Assembly (NCBI RefSeq): GCF_048593235.1
Contig: NC_133620.1
Span: 452,939,261 to 453,003,260 of the forward strand
DNA from: Sminthopsis crassicaudata
Lineage: Eukaryota
Length of the DNA stretch: 64,000 nt
Direction of reading: 5' to 3'
The notes under the pieces were generated by a model. That model made no database searches. It was not told where the DNA came from and saw nothing but the letters and a program-made list of their open reading frames with translations. Position numbers and translations under genes: made by a program. Shown here in pieces: positions 1-14,235 of this stretch; position 1 is the stretch's first letter, and every line of letters starts with the position of its first letter.

Positions 1-1184
1 CAATGGAATTGTTTTAAATTATATTATAAAATAAAATAATTTTAGAAATAATTAATAATAGCATTGAATGAAAATAAGATGGATAAACAGATCATGTCTT
101 TTACCTGAGATTCAATTTCTTCTTGAACTAGATCACTAAATTCCTGTCGACTTTTAAAAAAGACCGAAATCTATAACTCTTAATACACTATCAGAATTCT
201 CTTTGGATAACATCTTCTAATATAGCTAGGTCCCAATCAGGATAATTAGTGAATCCCCTAAAATGGCAGTATGTATTAGAATTCACACTACCTACAGTTA
301 TGATTATGTAAAATAATATCAGTGGAATACTCAGTGTAAATCCAAATAATGGGAACACAAGATTCATTATGTGAACCATTTTAGACCTAGATGTATTCAT
401 CCCCTTCTCCAAAGGTGAACCACAACCCTTTTATACTTGGATTCCTTAAACTTTTCCAGCAACAGTTCCTGTGGAACTAGATCATATGATCATTGATCTG
501 GAAAGGATGCTAAAAGCCATCCAGTCCAATGCTCTCATTTTAAAGATGGGTTCGGTGAAGCCCATAGAATAAATGACTTGTCCAATGTGAGACAAAGAGC
601 AAATGAAAGAAGTGATTACACACCCAGGCCCTCTGACCCTAAAAAAGCCTGTGCATTTCTCTTCCACACTGCCTTTTGTGGGGCATACCTCCCTCTGCTG
701 TCAAGTTTTGTACATTGGTTGTAGGTGAGAACTCAGAGCTTATATTTTTAGCTAGAAACCAAATCTCGGGAGTTTTGATATTGTTGAGAACTGCCAGCAG
801 CATGCAGAGAGCTGTATCATCAAATTTAATAAGTAACTTGAAGAACATTTTCTCCTACCATCTGTTCTTGCGGAGTTATGAATTAGATTTATACTTAGTC
901 CTATTTGCATAAATAACACCTACAATTTAGGAACTGGTTTCATGAATTTAAATCAATATGTTGACAAACACTGCCCACCTATGTGTTGAAATATAGTCTA
1001 TAAATGTTCCTCCTGAGGAGATAAATATGGTTAAATAACAGCATAATCCCATTTCAGATGCAATTATGCAGAATAGTAGAAATAGGAGAGACCTAAGATA
1101 TCATATAGTCCAATTTTTTTTTCATTTTACAGATGAAAAAACTGAGATTGAAGGAGCAGAACTCCCTTCTTCTAATCTTTTCCT

Positions 1185-1570
1185 GCTCTAATCCGTCTTC
1201 ACATAGTTGCCAAAATAATATTTCTAAAACCCAAGTATAACCCTATCATTCTGCTCAAGAACTAATGGCTCCCTCTTGCCTCTAGGGACATTTAGCTTGA
1301 GATTTAAAACCCTTCAGAGTCAGCCTCAGGACTACCTTTGTAGGCTTAATGCTCATTATTCCCTCTTCCTGATTCTGAATCCAGCACTCTTATCTCCTGC
1401 ACCACCTAACTGCCTGATTTCCCCTCACATACTCAATATTTTGGCCAAATTTGCACACTTGCTACTCTCTAAATAGAACATTCCTCTGCCATCTCCACAC
1501 TAGACTATTTCATCTTCCTCCAAGGCTCAGCTAAGGTGTCATTTCCTTCTTGAAGCCTGTCTTGCTTTTT
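1185..1570. mobile_element. L2 LINE remnant
   Basis: Degenerate L2-type motifs (gccaaaataatatttctaaa, ctcaagaactaatggctccct, tcaaggctcagctaagg). Confidence 0.5.
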
Positions 1571-1634
1571 CTCTCCTCCTCCTCCTCGAGATCGTTTTTA
1601 ATTTTATTTTTATATCTCAAATGTCAATATCAAA

Positions 1635-1845
1635 GCAAAATGACTTAATGGTTAGAAACTTGACCTTGAAGCCCAGAAAAAACTGAGTCAAAATCCTACC
1701 TTTGAAATACATACTGGGCAAATCACTTAACTTTTCAGGCCTTTAGGCAGCTAACTTAAATCCCAGAGGAAGTGCCAACCTGAAGAGAGGGAGAAAATTT
1801 CCTCATCTGAGAGTTTCTAATACTAATGAAATCACAGTCCAGTCC
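1635..1845 (+). mobile_element. Marsupial CORE-SINE with gagtttctaatactaatgaaatcacagtccagtcc tail (WALLSI4/MdoRep1-like); relatives near 3950-4160 and 37890-38060
   Basis: CORE-like head plus the characteristic tail, seen in several copies in the window. Confidence 0.5.
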
Positions 1846-4619
1846 TGAAGTCTCACAGCTGGAAAAGAGTAAAGAATTCAATTCTTTTGACTCATTCAGG
1901 GTTCTTTGTACTCCACCAAATACAGAGATCAGTTCATGCAGTACCTAAAATAGTTGTACTCTGAGTTAACAATATCTGTAACAAGAATAAGAATGAGTCT
2001 ACTACATGTCTACTTTGGTTTTCTTCTTGGAGCAGCAGTGATGGCTCAGGATCACTCACTGGTCTCATTCAGGTCACTGTGAGATGGGAGATTCAGAGCC
2101 ATCCTTTGTCAGGGACATAGATTTTATTTGGACAAATATCCTTTTCTGGGAAGTCTTTGGGAGAGTTGGAGTAATTAAGGATACATTTCCAGGCTAGATG
2201 GATGAGATTAGAGCTTCTTCTCTCCATGGCAATAATCCAGAATCTATCTGCATGTCAACAGATGGCTGAATCAGGCGATTTTGTAAAATGTTCAGCCATC
2301 ATGGGGATGCTGCTCAAGGCGGCGTGTTCTCCTGCCTGGTGCCTGATGGCTTGCAACTCAGGTGTCCAGGTTTCTTAGTAGAAAATGTTAAGGCTTTAAA
2401 AAAAAATTCTGAAATAATTGATCATTTGAGTTTTCTCTTATCTGATCCAAGGTGGGGAAGGAAGTAGAGGTCTTTCAGTTAATTAACATCAGAAAAAAAA
2501 AAAGCTTCCATTCCTTTTGGAAACCATTGTGATTCTTCTTCTTCTTATTATTTTTTGACTTTCACTACCTTATCTTTTAGCAATATCATTAAAATGTGCA
2601 ATTATCTTAAAGAAAACCTACTGTTCTTTGGCGTTGATTCTTGCCTTTGAGCCGGAATATGAACAAAAAAGGAAATATCTGTAATTTGTATCCAAAGACA
2701 AAGATGCATCTTTGCTTACTTAGAACAATTGTCATAGCAATGGCCCAGCTACTTTCAGAAACAGAATATCATCATATAATGTAGAGTTCTGATATTTGAT
2801 ACACTTAAGAGTGCTTTTAATTGTGACAGATGGGTCCAGAGCCCCTGTCATTTCCTCCACAACCCTTGCCACTTCCCCCACACTAAAGCTGCTTTTATCT
2901 ATCCAGGGCTTCTTTTATTAAAAGGAAAACAGATTTTATGACTCACTTGCAACCTAATGTGAATCACTTTAATGAATTGCTCTCCCAACAATATTTAACG
3001 TAGAGAAACCTGTAAGAATGGTTATCTAATGGTAGAATTTCAGGTTCCAGACACGGGAATTGATTTTGATTGCTTCTAACTAGTGGATAGAACGCTGAAC
3101 TTTGAGTCAGGAAGACCTAAATTCAAATATTGCCTCTGGGTGAACCTAAGCCTTTCTGAATCTGTTACTTCATCTGTAAAAAGTTGATGATAAAAGTACC
3201 CACTACACAAAGTGGTTGTAAGGATTAAATGAGATGGCATGTAAAGTGTTTTTCAAATCTTATATAAGTTATATAAGTACTAAATATTATTTGTATTAAA
3301 CGTACCATTAAAATGAAGCCTCCAAAATATTTGGTACCAGATAGAATCTTTGTTTCTGCAGTGATAACTTTAACTGCACTTTTTTTGGGGGGGAAAGGGC
3401 AGGGACGTAGTAAATTTCATCACTAGTATTGTGAGTCTTTTCTTTGATATTAGGTGATCTACAGGTTTGATTCCTCAAAGACTGTGGCATTCTGGGATAT
3501 GCTATTGTGTAGCATCACTTGAAAAAGTCTGAAAAAGATAGGGTTTTATTTCAGTTTAGATTCCTGAACATGCTTCTCAATCCCTCAAATATATTTAGTT
3601 CAGGGTTCAGCTCATTTGTCAACTAATTATCTACTTACTATGTCTATGTGATAGGCTAGCTCTCTGGCTTCTTGCCAAATGGATATCACATAGATGTTTT
3701 TCATCCATTTGGTTTTGGCTGTGTAGATAGTTGGGCCAAACTCTTTTTGAGTGATCACGGATCTAATTTAGGAGGTTCCACAAGTGCTCAAGGGCTTAAA
3801 ACAATTATTATGCTACAATCTGTCAACAAGAACATTTGAAGGACCTCCCTAAGGCATCTTTCTTTCACTGAGACTGTTCTGGGTGATCTCCATTACAGCA
3901 GCCAACGGTGAACCCATATTTCCTTATTTTATGTCTTCCTTGATATAGAAGACAGTATGGTATAGCAGAAGCAAGGAAGATCTGCATTCAGGTCCTGTCT
4001 CTGATATACACATATATGTATGTACACATATTTAGGCTATGTAATCCTACCAAGTCACTTAATTTGTCAGTGCCCCCAGACAATACTCTAAGGCTATAAG
4101 TTGCAAAGAAGGTGTCATGCTACAGGGTATAAGTTGGGAATTACCTATACAATTGCCCTGATTGAACACCTTGTTATATTATTAATATCTTGATATTAAA
4201 AATCAAGACTCAAATAAAATCATAATCACTGTCTTTTGAGGACTTCAAAATATTAACATATTTGTGAATGATCTCTTGTTGGAAAAAAAAACCTTTGAGG
4301 CAGCATTTTGTTTTATTAACTCAAATGCAAATGCAAATGTTAACATTAACAATAACAATAGTAATAGTTACTATTCATTAATTTCTTTAAGGTTTGCAAA
4401 ACACTTCACATGTTTCTTATTAGATTTGATTTATAAGTATGGGAAATAAGAAACAGAGAAGTTACATTATTTGCCCATAGTATGGATAGTAAATGTCTAA
4501 GGTGGAATTCCAACTCAGATATTCCCAATACCAACTCTAATACTCTAACTACCATACTACCTCCCTGTCTTTAAAATGTCCTTGAAAAAAGCCAACGAAT
4601 TGTAAATGCATCATATAAA

Positions 4620-5085
4620 ATCTTTATATTTGCTGTACCTTTTAGTCAATTGTGTGACATTGATGATCTGCTTTAGAATAATATTTGTAAAAGTCTGCCT
4701 AATCTCTTCCCCTATCCTTTTCAGGAATTCTTTTGAAACATTTGTAAATTATTCTCACAAATTTTGAAGAGATTATGAGATAGAGAGATGAGATATAATG
4801 TACCGGTAGTTAGTGACATTTTTTTGGTTACCTTTTCTCAATAGTAATAAGGTTCACAATTTTTGCCAATTATTCTCCTTCATGTATCTTAAACATCTGT
4901 TCCTCAGTTCCCTCAAAATGGCTCTGCCTCCAGCACAGGCCTACGCTAGATATTTTTAATTTGGTCCAACTATATTTACAGTATCTTTTTTCTTTAGTGT
5001 TATTTCTATTTTCTCATACAGCTTTTCAAGGATTGTGATGCTGGAATCCCAAAGTGGTGACTTCACTGTTACTGATGGAGAAAAT
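4620..5085 (-). mobile_element. RTE-clade LINE ORF2 (reverse transcriptase) remnant
   Basis: Minus-strand translation gives AGGRAILRELRNR...LLLLRKGNQKNVTNYR and TQLTKRYSKYK, degenerate RTE RT motifs (KKG...NYRPI.LLS; TQL.ER..EY) with stops and frameshifts. Confidence 0.7.
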
Positions 5086-6113
5086 AGATACTTGTGAAAA
5101 TTTCGACAGAGTTTTTTTTTTTTTTTTTGTTCTTTTTAAAAAATCTATGACCTATTTTTCTCCTTCCCATTTCATTCTTAAACATTCTTGGAATAACCAG
5201 GTGTAACTGGGTCTATTCCAAGCTTTCTGCAAACTTAGTTTCCTTTCTCCTGTTTTTATTGTTTTATGAGGCAATGCTGCTCATGCCCTCCTTTGTAAGA
5301 TTTTGCTAATGAGTTTATATTCTAATTCAGCATTTCTCAGGACCATCATTTTGCTCCACTTGATGAGGAAACGTCAATTTGCTGGGTTCAGAGATTTTGT
5401 AAGATCATAAATACAGAGCTTTAAAAGATCTTAAGAGTTTTTCAGACTCAATACCCTTTTCTTCCAGATGAGGAAACTGAAGTGCAGAGAAGCCCAGGGA
5501 CTTCTTTCAAGTAGAAAGCAGGGACATGGGGAGACTTATCACAGAGGCAGTAAACATCAGAACAAGGTTTATAGGTGCCTTTGATTTTTCCATCGTGGCA
5601 ATTGCTTTGCATTAGTAAGCTTCACAGTGAGCAATAGTAGTCTATACTGATATCTGCTCCTTTACTCATTTCCTATTTTTCTGTATCAATAGTTTATTTG
5701 AATACATTGAACTGAAGCTGTTTTAGTTATGTGCCACATCTTCTCATATTATTCTTCTAACTTTGTGTCATATTGATACCCCTTTTAGGGAATATAACAG
5801 AAAAAAATTCTCCTAGCACTTTGGGTAACCTCAGGTGGAATATTTTGAGGTTGTTGTTTGTGCCATTGAAAAGAATATTCTTATTGATGAGATTGAAGAT
5901 AAATATAAGCCAAAAATAAAGTTGATTATAGGCTACACTGAAGTTTTAGCCAGATTTGGAGAAGCTAATATGCAATGAATCAATCAAGCATTTATTTTGC
6001 ACCTATATATGCTCAGGCATTATGTTTGGTTCTAGTGCTACAAAGGTAAAAATGAAATAGTTTCTTCCTTGAAGAGTTTACCTTCTTTTCAGACTAACAT
6101 AATTATGGAATAA

Positions 6114-6115
<2 letters not shown>

Positions 6116-6170
<55 letters not shown>
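6116..6170. repeat. (TA)n microsatellite
   Basis: Direct reading. Confidence 0.97.
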
Positions 6171-6173
<3 letters not shown>

Positions 6174-9100
6174 GCTTTTTTGATTCTGTCCTGAAAGAGA
6201 AGGTATAAAATTATCAGACTTATAGCAGAAAGGGACCAAAAGATAGGTCTAGGATTTCCAAGGTCTGAAATGGGATTTGCCAACATCTCATAATCTTGGG
6301 GGAGTCTTGCTAAGCCTAAAAAGATGTCTTAGAGACTTTCTGTTTCTCACTCTGATTTATCAATCTTCTAAGACTAGTAAGAGACTATTGAATATGAATG
6401 TGTACTCAGTTCAAATTGGGACAAATTATAGAAAGATTATTTTTAAAAATCACTTTCTCCATGATAATTAGAAGAGAAAGATATAAGTCTAAATGACTAC
6501 CCTTGACACCTCAGTTTTAAAGACATACACGTAATTCCCTTAGCCAGCTGAGAATGAGATGCTGCCAACAAATATGAGAGCAGCTTCTGTCGAGCTCATA
6601 TGGAGCTGAACCACATTCATCAGGGGTATTTTTATTAGAAATGTGACATCTCTGAGTTTGGGGTTGGAAAGAAAAGGAGTAAAGGCCTTTCCAATTATCC
6701 ACACACCTTTTTAAATGATGAACTTAATACATTGCAGAAAAGCCTTGGTCTAGCTGATTAATTAATTCTTGGAAGACATAAGCATAAAGATTTGGCAAGC
6801 CAAAGGGAACATCTCATCCATGTGTGGATCTCCCCAGTAACTGAGAAACGTTGTGACTTCCTAGACAGATGTCTGTCTGCTCATACTGTAAAGCCAACTG
6901 ATACTCAACACTGAGCCAAGGCCTCGTGCTTGCCTTATACCAGGAAATCCCATCAATGCTTAGTCTAGCAATTTCCTTAGTTGTCAATCATCTTGTCAAT
7001 CTGTTCTAAATATCAGTCCTTCCCGAATCCAGTAAAGCTGAAATTGTACTAAAAAGAACGAGTGAGCAAGCAGAAGAAATTCTATGAAAATCATTTTTGC
7101 ATATACCTCAAACCCACCTACCCAGTGACCTTTCCTTTGTGATGTGTATGTAGCACCATGGGTAGCTCTCTGTCACATATGAAACCTTCAGAATAGCTAC
7201 CCCATATTCAAAGTATGGTATGGCTTCTTATGCACTCACAATGATAGTTTACGAGCCTCTACTGGTTGTTTTTGGTTTTGTTTTGTTTTGTTATTTTACT
7301 TTTTCATTAATCAGCTAAAGGAAAAATACTATTCAAAGCAAAAGCATTGTTTTTAATGGTAGAGAAAGATGATTTGTAATAAAAAAAAAAAAACTTCCTC
7401 CCCACCCCCTGAAAAAACCCAAACAACCCTTGGGCATGTTCTCCTAAAAATAAGCACTGAAGGGTGTAATCCTGCACAGTGATTCCTCCGATGCTGCAGA
7501 ACCAGTAAGGATTCTTGCTGATGTCATCATCTCTCTTCTTGCTGATCACAACGTCCCCTTGGGGCTTGGCTGGTCTTATCCCCAGCTTGGCTATTCTTTT
7601 ACTCCCTGGTATTCCTGCTGGGTAAATAGTGTCTTTTGGGCCTGGCAAGCACCGATTTTAGCCTGCTAACATTCAGGGATTGTAACCTCTCTGGGATAAG
7701 GGCCATCTAATAACACTTTAGTAATAGTCACCACACCCAATTAACAAAAGCTAAGCCTCTGTCCCTAAACTAAGGTCTTTCCCTTTTGGCCCTTATTTCT
7801 TTGCAGAAGATCAAAGTCTTCTATTGCAGATAAGTACCAAGATCCTTTCTGGTTTAGTTGCAAATGTATTTGAGTCAGGAAAAAAATAACTTAAGGAAGC
7901 ACTGCCTGTGCTCTCTGGGATGCCAGCACCCTCCCTATCTTTAATATGCACATATGTCAGCAGCAAGGACCATAATGCTTTTGTGCTATATTTTGCTCAG
8001 GGAAAAGCCTTAGTCTCACTACAGAAGAACTAAATGACAAGCCAAGCATGGTTAATAGCATATAGAACATTTTGCATCTATTCATCCCCCACCTCTCCAA
8101 GAAAAGCAGGAAGATGGAATAATTTTTAACCATCATTTGACACACATAGTATATGGAGAAAGCAAAATTGGATCTTTTTTTTTTTTTTTTACCCTCAGAC
8201 TGAAAACTAAGCATCATGACAGCTCATGTTTATTCATTGTGCTGCAGTAATCATAGGATCATAGATTTAAAGTGGGAAGAAAGCACAGAAATCATCAAGT
8301 CCCTCCTGTTCATTTGTAGAAAGATCTGAGGGGCAAAGAAAGCAAATAACTTGAACAAGGTTGCCCAGGTAGCAAAAGTGACCCTATCTATCCTATATCC
8401 AGATTTTTTTCCTCTATATCATCCCCCAAATTTCACTTAGAATTTTATGATAGAAAATGAATCTGTCCCATGATATAAAAACTCAGCCTCTTGGAGGAAG
8501 GTCTAGAATGCCCAAGATCAGAAATAGGTTTTGCCTTTATTTCATAGTTGCTGGCAAGCCTGGGCTGAACCTAGAAACATCTCTGAGATATTTTTTGCTT
8601 TAACTCCTGGCTTATTGGAGCCTTATGCAATATTGTACTGAGTTTGGGAGCTGTTTTTTTCTCTTAGTATGTTTGCTAGCTGTTCTTAGAGAAATGTTAC
8701 ATTATACGCAGGGATAGAGGAAAGGAACCAGGAGATAAAATTGAAGATGAAAAGAGAGAAGGGAATCATTAAAGAAAGAAGGTTGCCAATGAGAGTTAAA
8801 TGGAACGGAGCCTTAGACTCAAGTCTGGGCATTTGCTTAAGACCTGCCTCATTGGTTGAAAGAATGATGCCTACATATTCTATCTTCTTAGGAGACAGAG
8901 CTGGTGAGAGTATGGAGAGAGGGTTTTAATTCTGTGTATGGCAGGAAAGAGAAAAAAATTTGGGGAAAAGCCAACATGTAGAGGAACCTTGAACGTGTCC
9001 CTATTTCCAGCTTACTGCATCGTAAACTTGGAGGAATTTCTTCTGAGATAGCTCACCCCCAGGGAGAGAGAACTAATTCACTCTTTATTGGCTGGAATAT

Positions 9101-10050
9101 TCTAATCTGTACATTTTCTCTCAGTTTTGCTTACTATTGACTTGGATAAATGATTTTGTTTGCTATTCACTATTGATTTTGTCTGACAAGAAAGAAGTCA
9201 AGCTTTTGGATTTAGCTGGGGGCATTTCTTCCCAGTTAAGCAAGAGTGTCTTGGGTCCAAAATTCATTTCCTCTAGACTAGCAATATTTGGGGGAACAGA
9301 GAACTATAATTGTAGTCTGTTATCTCTTCTTTTGAGGGGAGCAAAATGGCCCAGATTTGTAGCTTAATTTCCTGTAACCTTCCTGGCTAGAATAAAAATC
9401 TCCTTTGGAGAGCAACTGGCAAGCATTCAGAGATATCTATTCATGCCCTTTTCTTGGCTATATTTAAACAAATCTGGGTGAACATACATATAACCTCCAT
9501 GAGCAAGACACACCCAACTTATAGGTACAATAATGAAGAGTTTCCAAGCATCCTATTTACAGTAAATAAGCAAACAATGAAATATTGATTGAGGACTTAT
9601 CATATCCTTTAAAATGTACTCATTTAACTAACACATCAATTTCCTATCCATTATAGATAATTGAAAGTCTACTACATATTTAGTCATCTGTTTATTCCTG
9701 AATTAACCAGACCACAGTCTGGTGAAGCATTGGGAAGTAGCCAAATGACTTTTTGGCAGCAATTTTTTGAACCCCCTTGAATGCTAATGCTTATTATTAT
9801 TATTATCTCATTCTTCTGGTTGTTTTCAGTGTAGTTTAGATAGAAACAGACCATGAAAAATAACTACTATCATTATTCTTTTATGTTTAATGTTCTGCAG
9901 ATTTGTTTCACACTTAGATAAAATGACTGCTTTTTTGTATTTGAATAAAAGTATTCAGATGTAAGTTCATTTTCTGCAGGATTATTATTATTATCATTAT
10001 TATAGCAATATATTACAAGTTTTTATGCTTTTTAAAAACTTGAAAGATAG

Positions 10051-10190
10051 GAAGAGCTAGGTGGCACAGTGGATAAAACACTGGTTCTGAAGTCAGGAAG
10101 ACCTGCTTTAGAGACTAGCTCTGTGACTTTGGGCAAGTCACTTAATCCTAATTGCCTCAAAAAAATCAAACCAAAACAAAACATTGAAGG
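10051..10190 (+). mobile_element. WSINE1/SINE1-type tRNA-derived SINE (older copy); another at about 10370-10495
   Basis: gctaggtggcacagtggata...gtgactttgggcaagtcacttaatcctaattgcctc plus A-rich tail. Confidence 0.8.
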
Positions 10191-12932
10191 TCCTTTGGTC
10201 CTTATTCTACCACATTTATTAGTGGTAAAATTGTTTTTGCAATTTTCTGCTATGGGAACCAAATTCTGGCAACACAAGATAATGCATCCATTTAGCATCT
10301 CTTAGAGAATTGTAATCATCATATATATAGTAGTCTTATCTATTTCATTCTTGAAAATTCCATAACAGGTCAGCTCAATGATTCAGTGGATTCAGGAGGG
10401 CTTGAGTTCAAATCTGGCCTCAGACATTTAAGACTCATTAGTAATGGAATACTAGACAAGTCATTTAATCCTACTTGCCTCACACAAAAAAAGAAAATGT
10501 TCCATGTATAGACAAATTTTATGCAATTTATATTGAAAATATGAGTAATCACAGATGAGAAAACATTTAAAAGATGGAATCCATTTGCTGAAGAAATTAT
10601 TGGAAAATAGAAATAGAGGCTTTTCTCCTCATTCTCAATGAGGTTCTATTTGTACTGTTTACTGCCAGATTCGTGGATTTTTTCAAAACTCAAATGATCC
10701 ATATTGGCTAGGTGCATGGTGCCAAATTTCGTAGATAATTGAGCCATCATCCTTTCTGCTTTGCGTGCAAAATGATACATCCAAAAGAACACAAGAGTGT
10801 CATTTTCTGGATATTAAAGTACCTTCTGCTTAGGAGCCATTGTGAGAATTGGCTAAAGAAGCTAAACCAGGCACCTCATTTTCACACTTCACCAGGGTTG
10901 GGTAATTAAATGACTAATTAAAAAGACTCTGGGGTAAATAGTCATGATTTCCTGATAACTCTATAATAAATGATCCTCAACCATAGTTGGCCAACTAGCT
11001 CTAATGATTTACCCATTAAAATGCCATCACTCAGCTCTTGCCCAGCTTGTACTTTCCATAATCTGGGGTAAAATTCAGATCCTATCATATAGAAGTGAAT
11101 TTTAAGAATGTGAACAAAAACATTTATCTAAAACCAATATCTGGCATTATACTGAAAACTTTACTCTCAGATCAGAAGTAAAACTAAGATGTTTGCTGTC
11201 ATCATCATTATTTGACACACTATCCACTATCATTAGTGATGAGGCTAGATAGCTATAGAAATGTTGGAAAATCTGCTCAAATACTCATCTATTTTTGTTC
11301 TCTTCCAAATCCTTTAGCCTCCTGGTTGTGGCAATATTTTCATTATATGCATATACCATGGTAGTTAAGCTCTAAAAGTTATGGGTCCATTAATGGCCTT
11401 CAAGAAAATGAAGTTGGGAAAGGTGAACATTTTGAAAAATACGTGCAGAGGAAATTAATTCTGAAGGTGACAAAATCTGAAAATATCCAGAAGTCAATTT
11501 TGAGACTATTTCAAAGAGAGGGAAATTCATATGAAATGGAAATCATAGACAGTATTATTATCACAAAAGGAAACAGAAAAGAATAGTGAGAAACAACTAG
11601 TATGTCCACTTTCTCATTTCTATAAGAATGGTCTATGCATAAATGGAAGATACCCTTAATGGAAAAATATGAGAAATTGACAGTCACATTGATACTTAAA
11701 TCATTTTCCAAGCTCTGGGTAGGAATGAGGGAAGGGGGAGTTGAGGAAAGAGAAGGTTAAGGGAATGAGGGGAAGAATTTTTAAAGTACCTATATACCAG
11801 GCACTGCACTAAGTACTTTATAGATATGATTTCATTTAATCCTCAGAACAAACCTGGGAGTTAGGTCCTTTTATCACCATTTTACAAATGAAGAAACTGA
11901 GTCAAACAGAAATTAAGTGACTTGTCCAGAGAAACACAACTAGTAACTGTATGAGGCTGAATCTGATTTTAGGTCCTCCTGATCCAGACCTAGTGCTCTG
12001 TATCTTCTAACTGTAAAGTTGCTCTAAGCAACTCTATGCAAAGCAAGGATCCCTTTTGATCCTTTGAAGTTACAGACAGGATTCTTTCGAAAAGTTAGTT
12101 TGTGCTCATTAAAAACATCTAATCTTCTCTGGATAGACTTTCTTGCCTTGCCAACATATTCTGAAAGTGCACTTTTAAGATGTCATTTAAATTTATTAGG
12201 ACTCATGCTATCTGCAACTTAGGCGTTTGTACAAAAAGAACCCCAGTGACCTTTCCTAATAATACATCTTTATCCCAGTAGTAAACAGGAAAATTGGTTT
12301 GGTTTCTGGGTTTGAATTTTTTACTTTGTGTTTCTGTATTTCTGTCACTTACGCCATCTTGACTGTCTTTGAATGTCTTCACAGCTTCAGTGGTGTTGAT
12401 TTTTCTTCTGAAACCAGTCATGTATTTGTTCTTTATGAAAAGACATTATTTTACTTTTGAAAAATTGTATGTTGTCTGAATACAGATTGAAACATACTCT
12501 TTTAATTTTTTTTCTTGAGGTTATTTTTTTGGGGCAAAGAAATCTGTTTTCTTTCACAACTTGACTTCTGTGGAAATGTTTACATAACTTCACATATGCC
12601 TTCTCAAGGATGGGAGTGAGGAGGGGAGGAAGGGAGAGAATCTAGAACTCAAAGTTTTAAAAACAAATATTTTTTAAAATTGTTTTATATATAACTGAGA
12701 AAAATAAAATAGCAAATAAATGGGGAAAAGCCCAAAAAGGAAAAAAAGAAAATCATAGACAAAAATTTAAGACAATTGATTTGAATTTATTGTTGAAGAT
12801 TCTAAATGATTCTCTATAATCAGTCTTAAATTATTTAATTTTTTAAAAATTTGCAAGGTTTCTTTGGGAAGCCAGTTTGTTATATAATACTTGCCAAATG
12901 AATGATGTTGAGATGTGTAACAATATTAAGAT

Positions 12933-13740
12933 TTTTTTTATTTTATAATTATAAATTTTTTGACAGTATATATGCATGAGTAATTTTTTTTATAACATTA
13001 TCCCTTGTAATCATTTTTCCAGATTATCCCCTCCCTCCCTCTAGTCCCTCCCCTAGATGACAGGCAATCCCATACATTTTACATGTGTTACAATATAACC
13101 TAGATACAATATATGTGTGTAAATCCAATTTTCTTGTTGCAAGTTAAGTATTAGATTCTGAAGGTATAAGTAACCTGGGTAGATAGACAGTAGTGCTAAC
13201 AATTTACATTCACTTCCCAGTGTTCCTTTTCTGGGTGTAGTTGTTTCTGTCCATCATTGATCAACTGGATGTGAGTTGGATCTTCTTTATGTTGAAGATA
13301 TCTTCTGGTTCTATTCATTTCACTCAGCATCAGTTGATGTAAGTCTCTCCAAGCCTCTCTGTATTCGTCCTGCTGGTCATTTCTTACAGAGCAATAATAT
13401 TCCATAACCTTCATATATCATAATTTACCCAACCATTCTCCAATTGATGGACATCCATTCATTTTCCAGTTTCTAGCCACTACAAAAAGAGCTGCCACAA
13501 ACATTCTTGCACACATAGATCCCTTTCCCCTCTTTAGTATTTCTTTGGGATATAAGCCCAATAGCAGCAATGCTGGATCAAAGGGTATGCACAGTTTGAT
13601 AACTTTTTGGACATAGTTCCAAATTGCTCTCCAGAATGGTTGGATTCTTTCACAATTCCACCAACAATGTATCAGTGTCCCAGTTTTCCCACATCCCCTC
13701 CAACATTCATCATTATTTGTTCCTGTCATCTTAGCCAAGG
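12933..13740 (-). mobile_element. Young marsupial L1 3' fragment (ORF2 C-terminus and 3'UTR)
   Basis: Peptide CWRGCGKTGTLIHCWWNCERIQPFW is the L1 ORF2 C-terminus; T-rich tail at left; attaagat repeated at both flanks. Confidence 0.9.
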
Positions 13741-14094
13741 ATTAAGATATTTTTAAACTTCTAAACAAAGATCATTTAACTTTGACATTACTTTCAAATG
13801 GAGTGCACGGTGTGACTAAAACTATTTATCTGAATTCTGAGTTTAAGCCAGTTGATGGTTATGATGGCATATCTTGTAGCAATTCACCCCTCCAAAACTT
13901 TCAAGAATCCCCTCTTTCTAATAGGATAAAATAAGACACATTCAGCCAAGCACTAGTCCTGGGTCATATAGGTGGTAAGTGGCAGGGGCTTGACTACCAA
14001 TACATCATACTTTCCACTGAACCAAACCAAGGCTCAGTTCAAATGGCACCTTTTTTATAAAGTCTTTCTTAATCTCTAAAGGAACTATTTCCTC

Positions 14095-14235
14095 TACACA
14101 CACACACACACACACACGTGCACACACATGCATGAATGCAGCAACATATGAGTACATGTGCAGTGCATGCAACAGATGCACAGCACACAACATATATATG
14201 CATACATGCATACACCGTGTGTGTATGTGTGCACG
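14095..14235. repeat. (CA)n and alternating purine-pyrimidine tract
   Basis: Direct reading. Confidence 0.85.

Noticed and set aside
191-412. Minus ORF segment HFRGFTNYPDWDLAILEDVIQ faintly resembles bornavirus L (FFRGMSDPLPFQLALL); marsupials do carry endogenous bornavirus elements
   Set aside because: No polymerase motifs (A, B, GDN) found upstream in any frame I translated; the similarity is too short. TBLASTN against Mononegavirales L would settle it.
2690-2910. About 60-codon open minus frame (KKPWIDKSSFSVGEVARVVEEM...LYDDILFLKV), plus similar stretches near 3640-3760, 10560-10800 and the 113-aa ORF at 7307-7648
   Set aside because: No recognisable family and no consistent splice chain; lengths are compatible with chance.
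13196-13738. ORFs here and at 29452-29730, 57765-58079 and 58546-58824
   Set aside because: L1 ORF2 fragments, not host genes.
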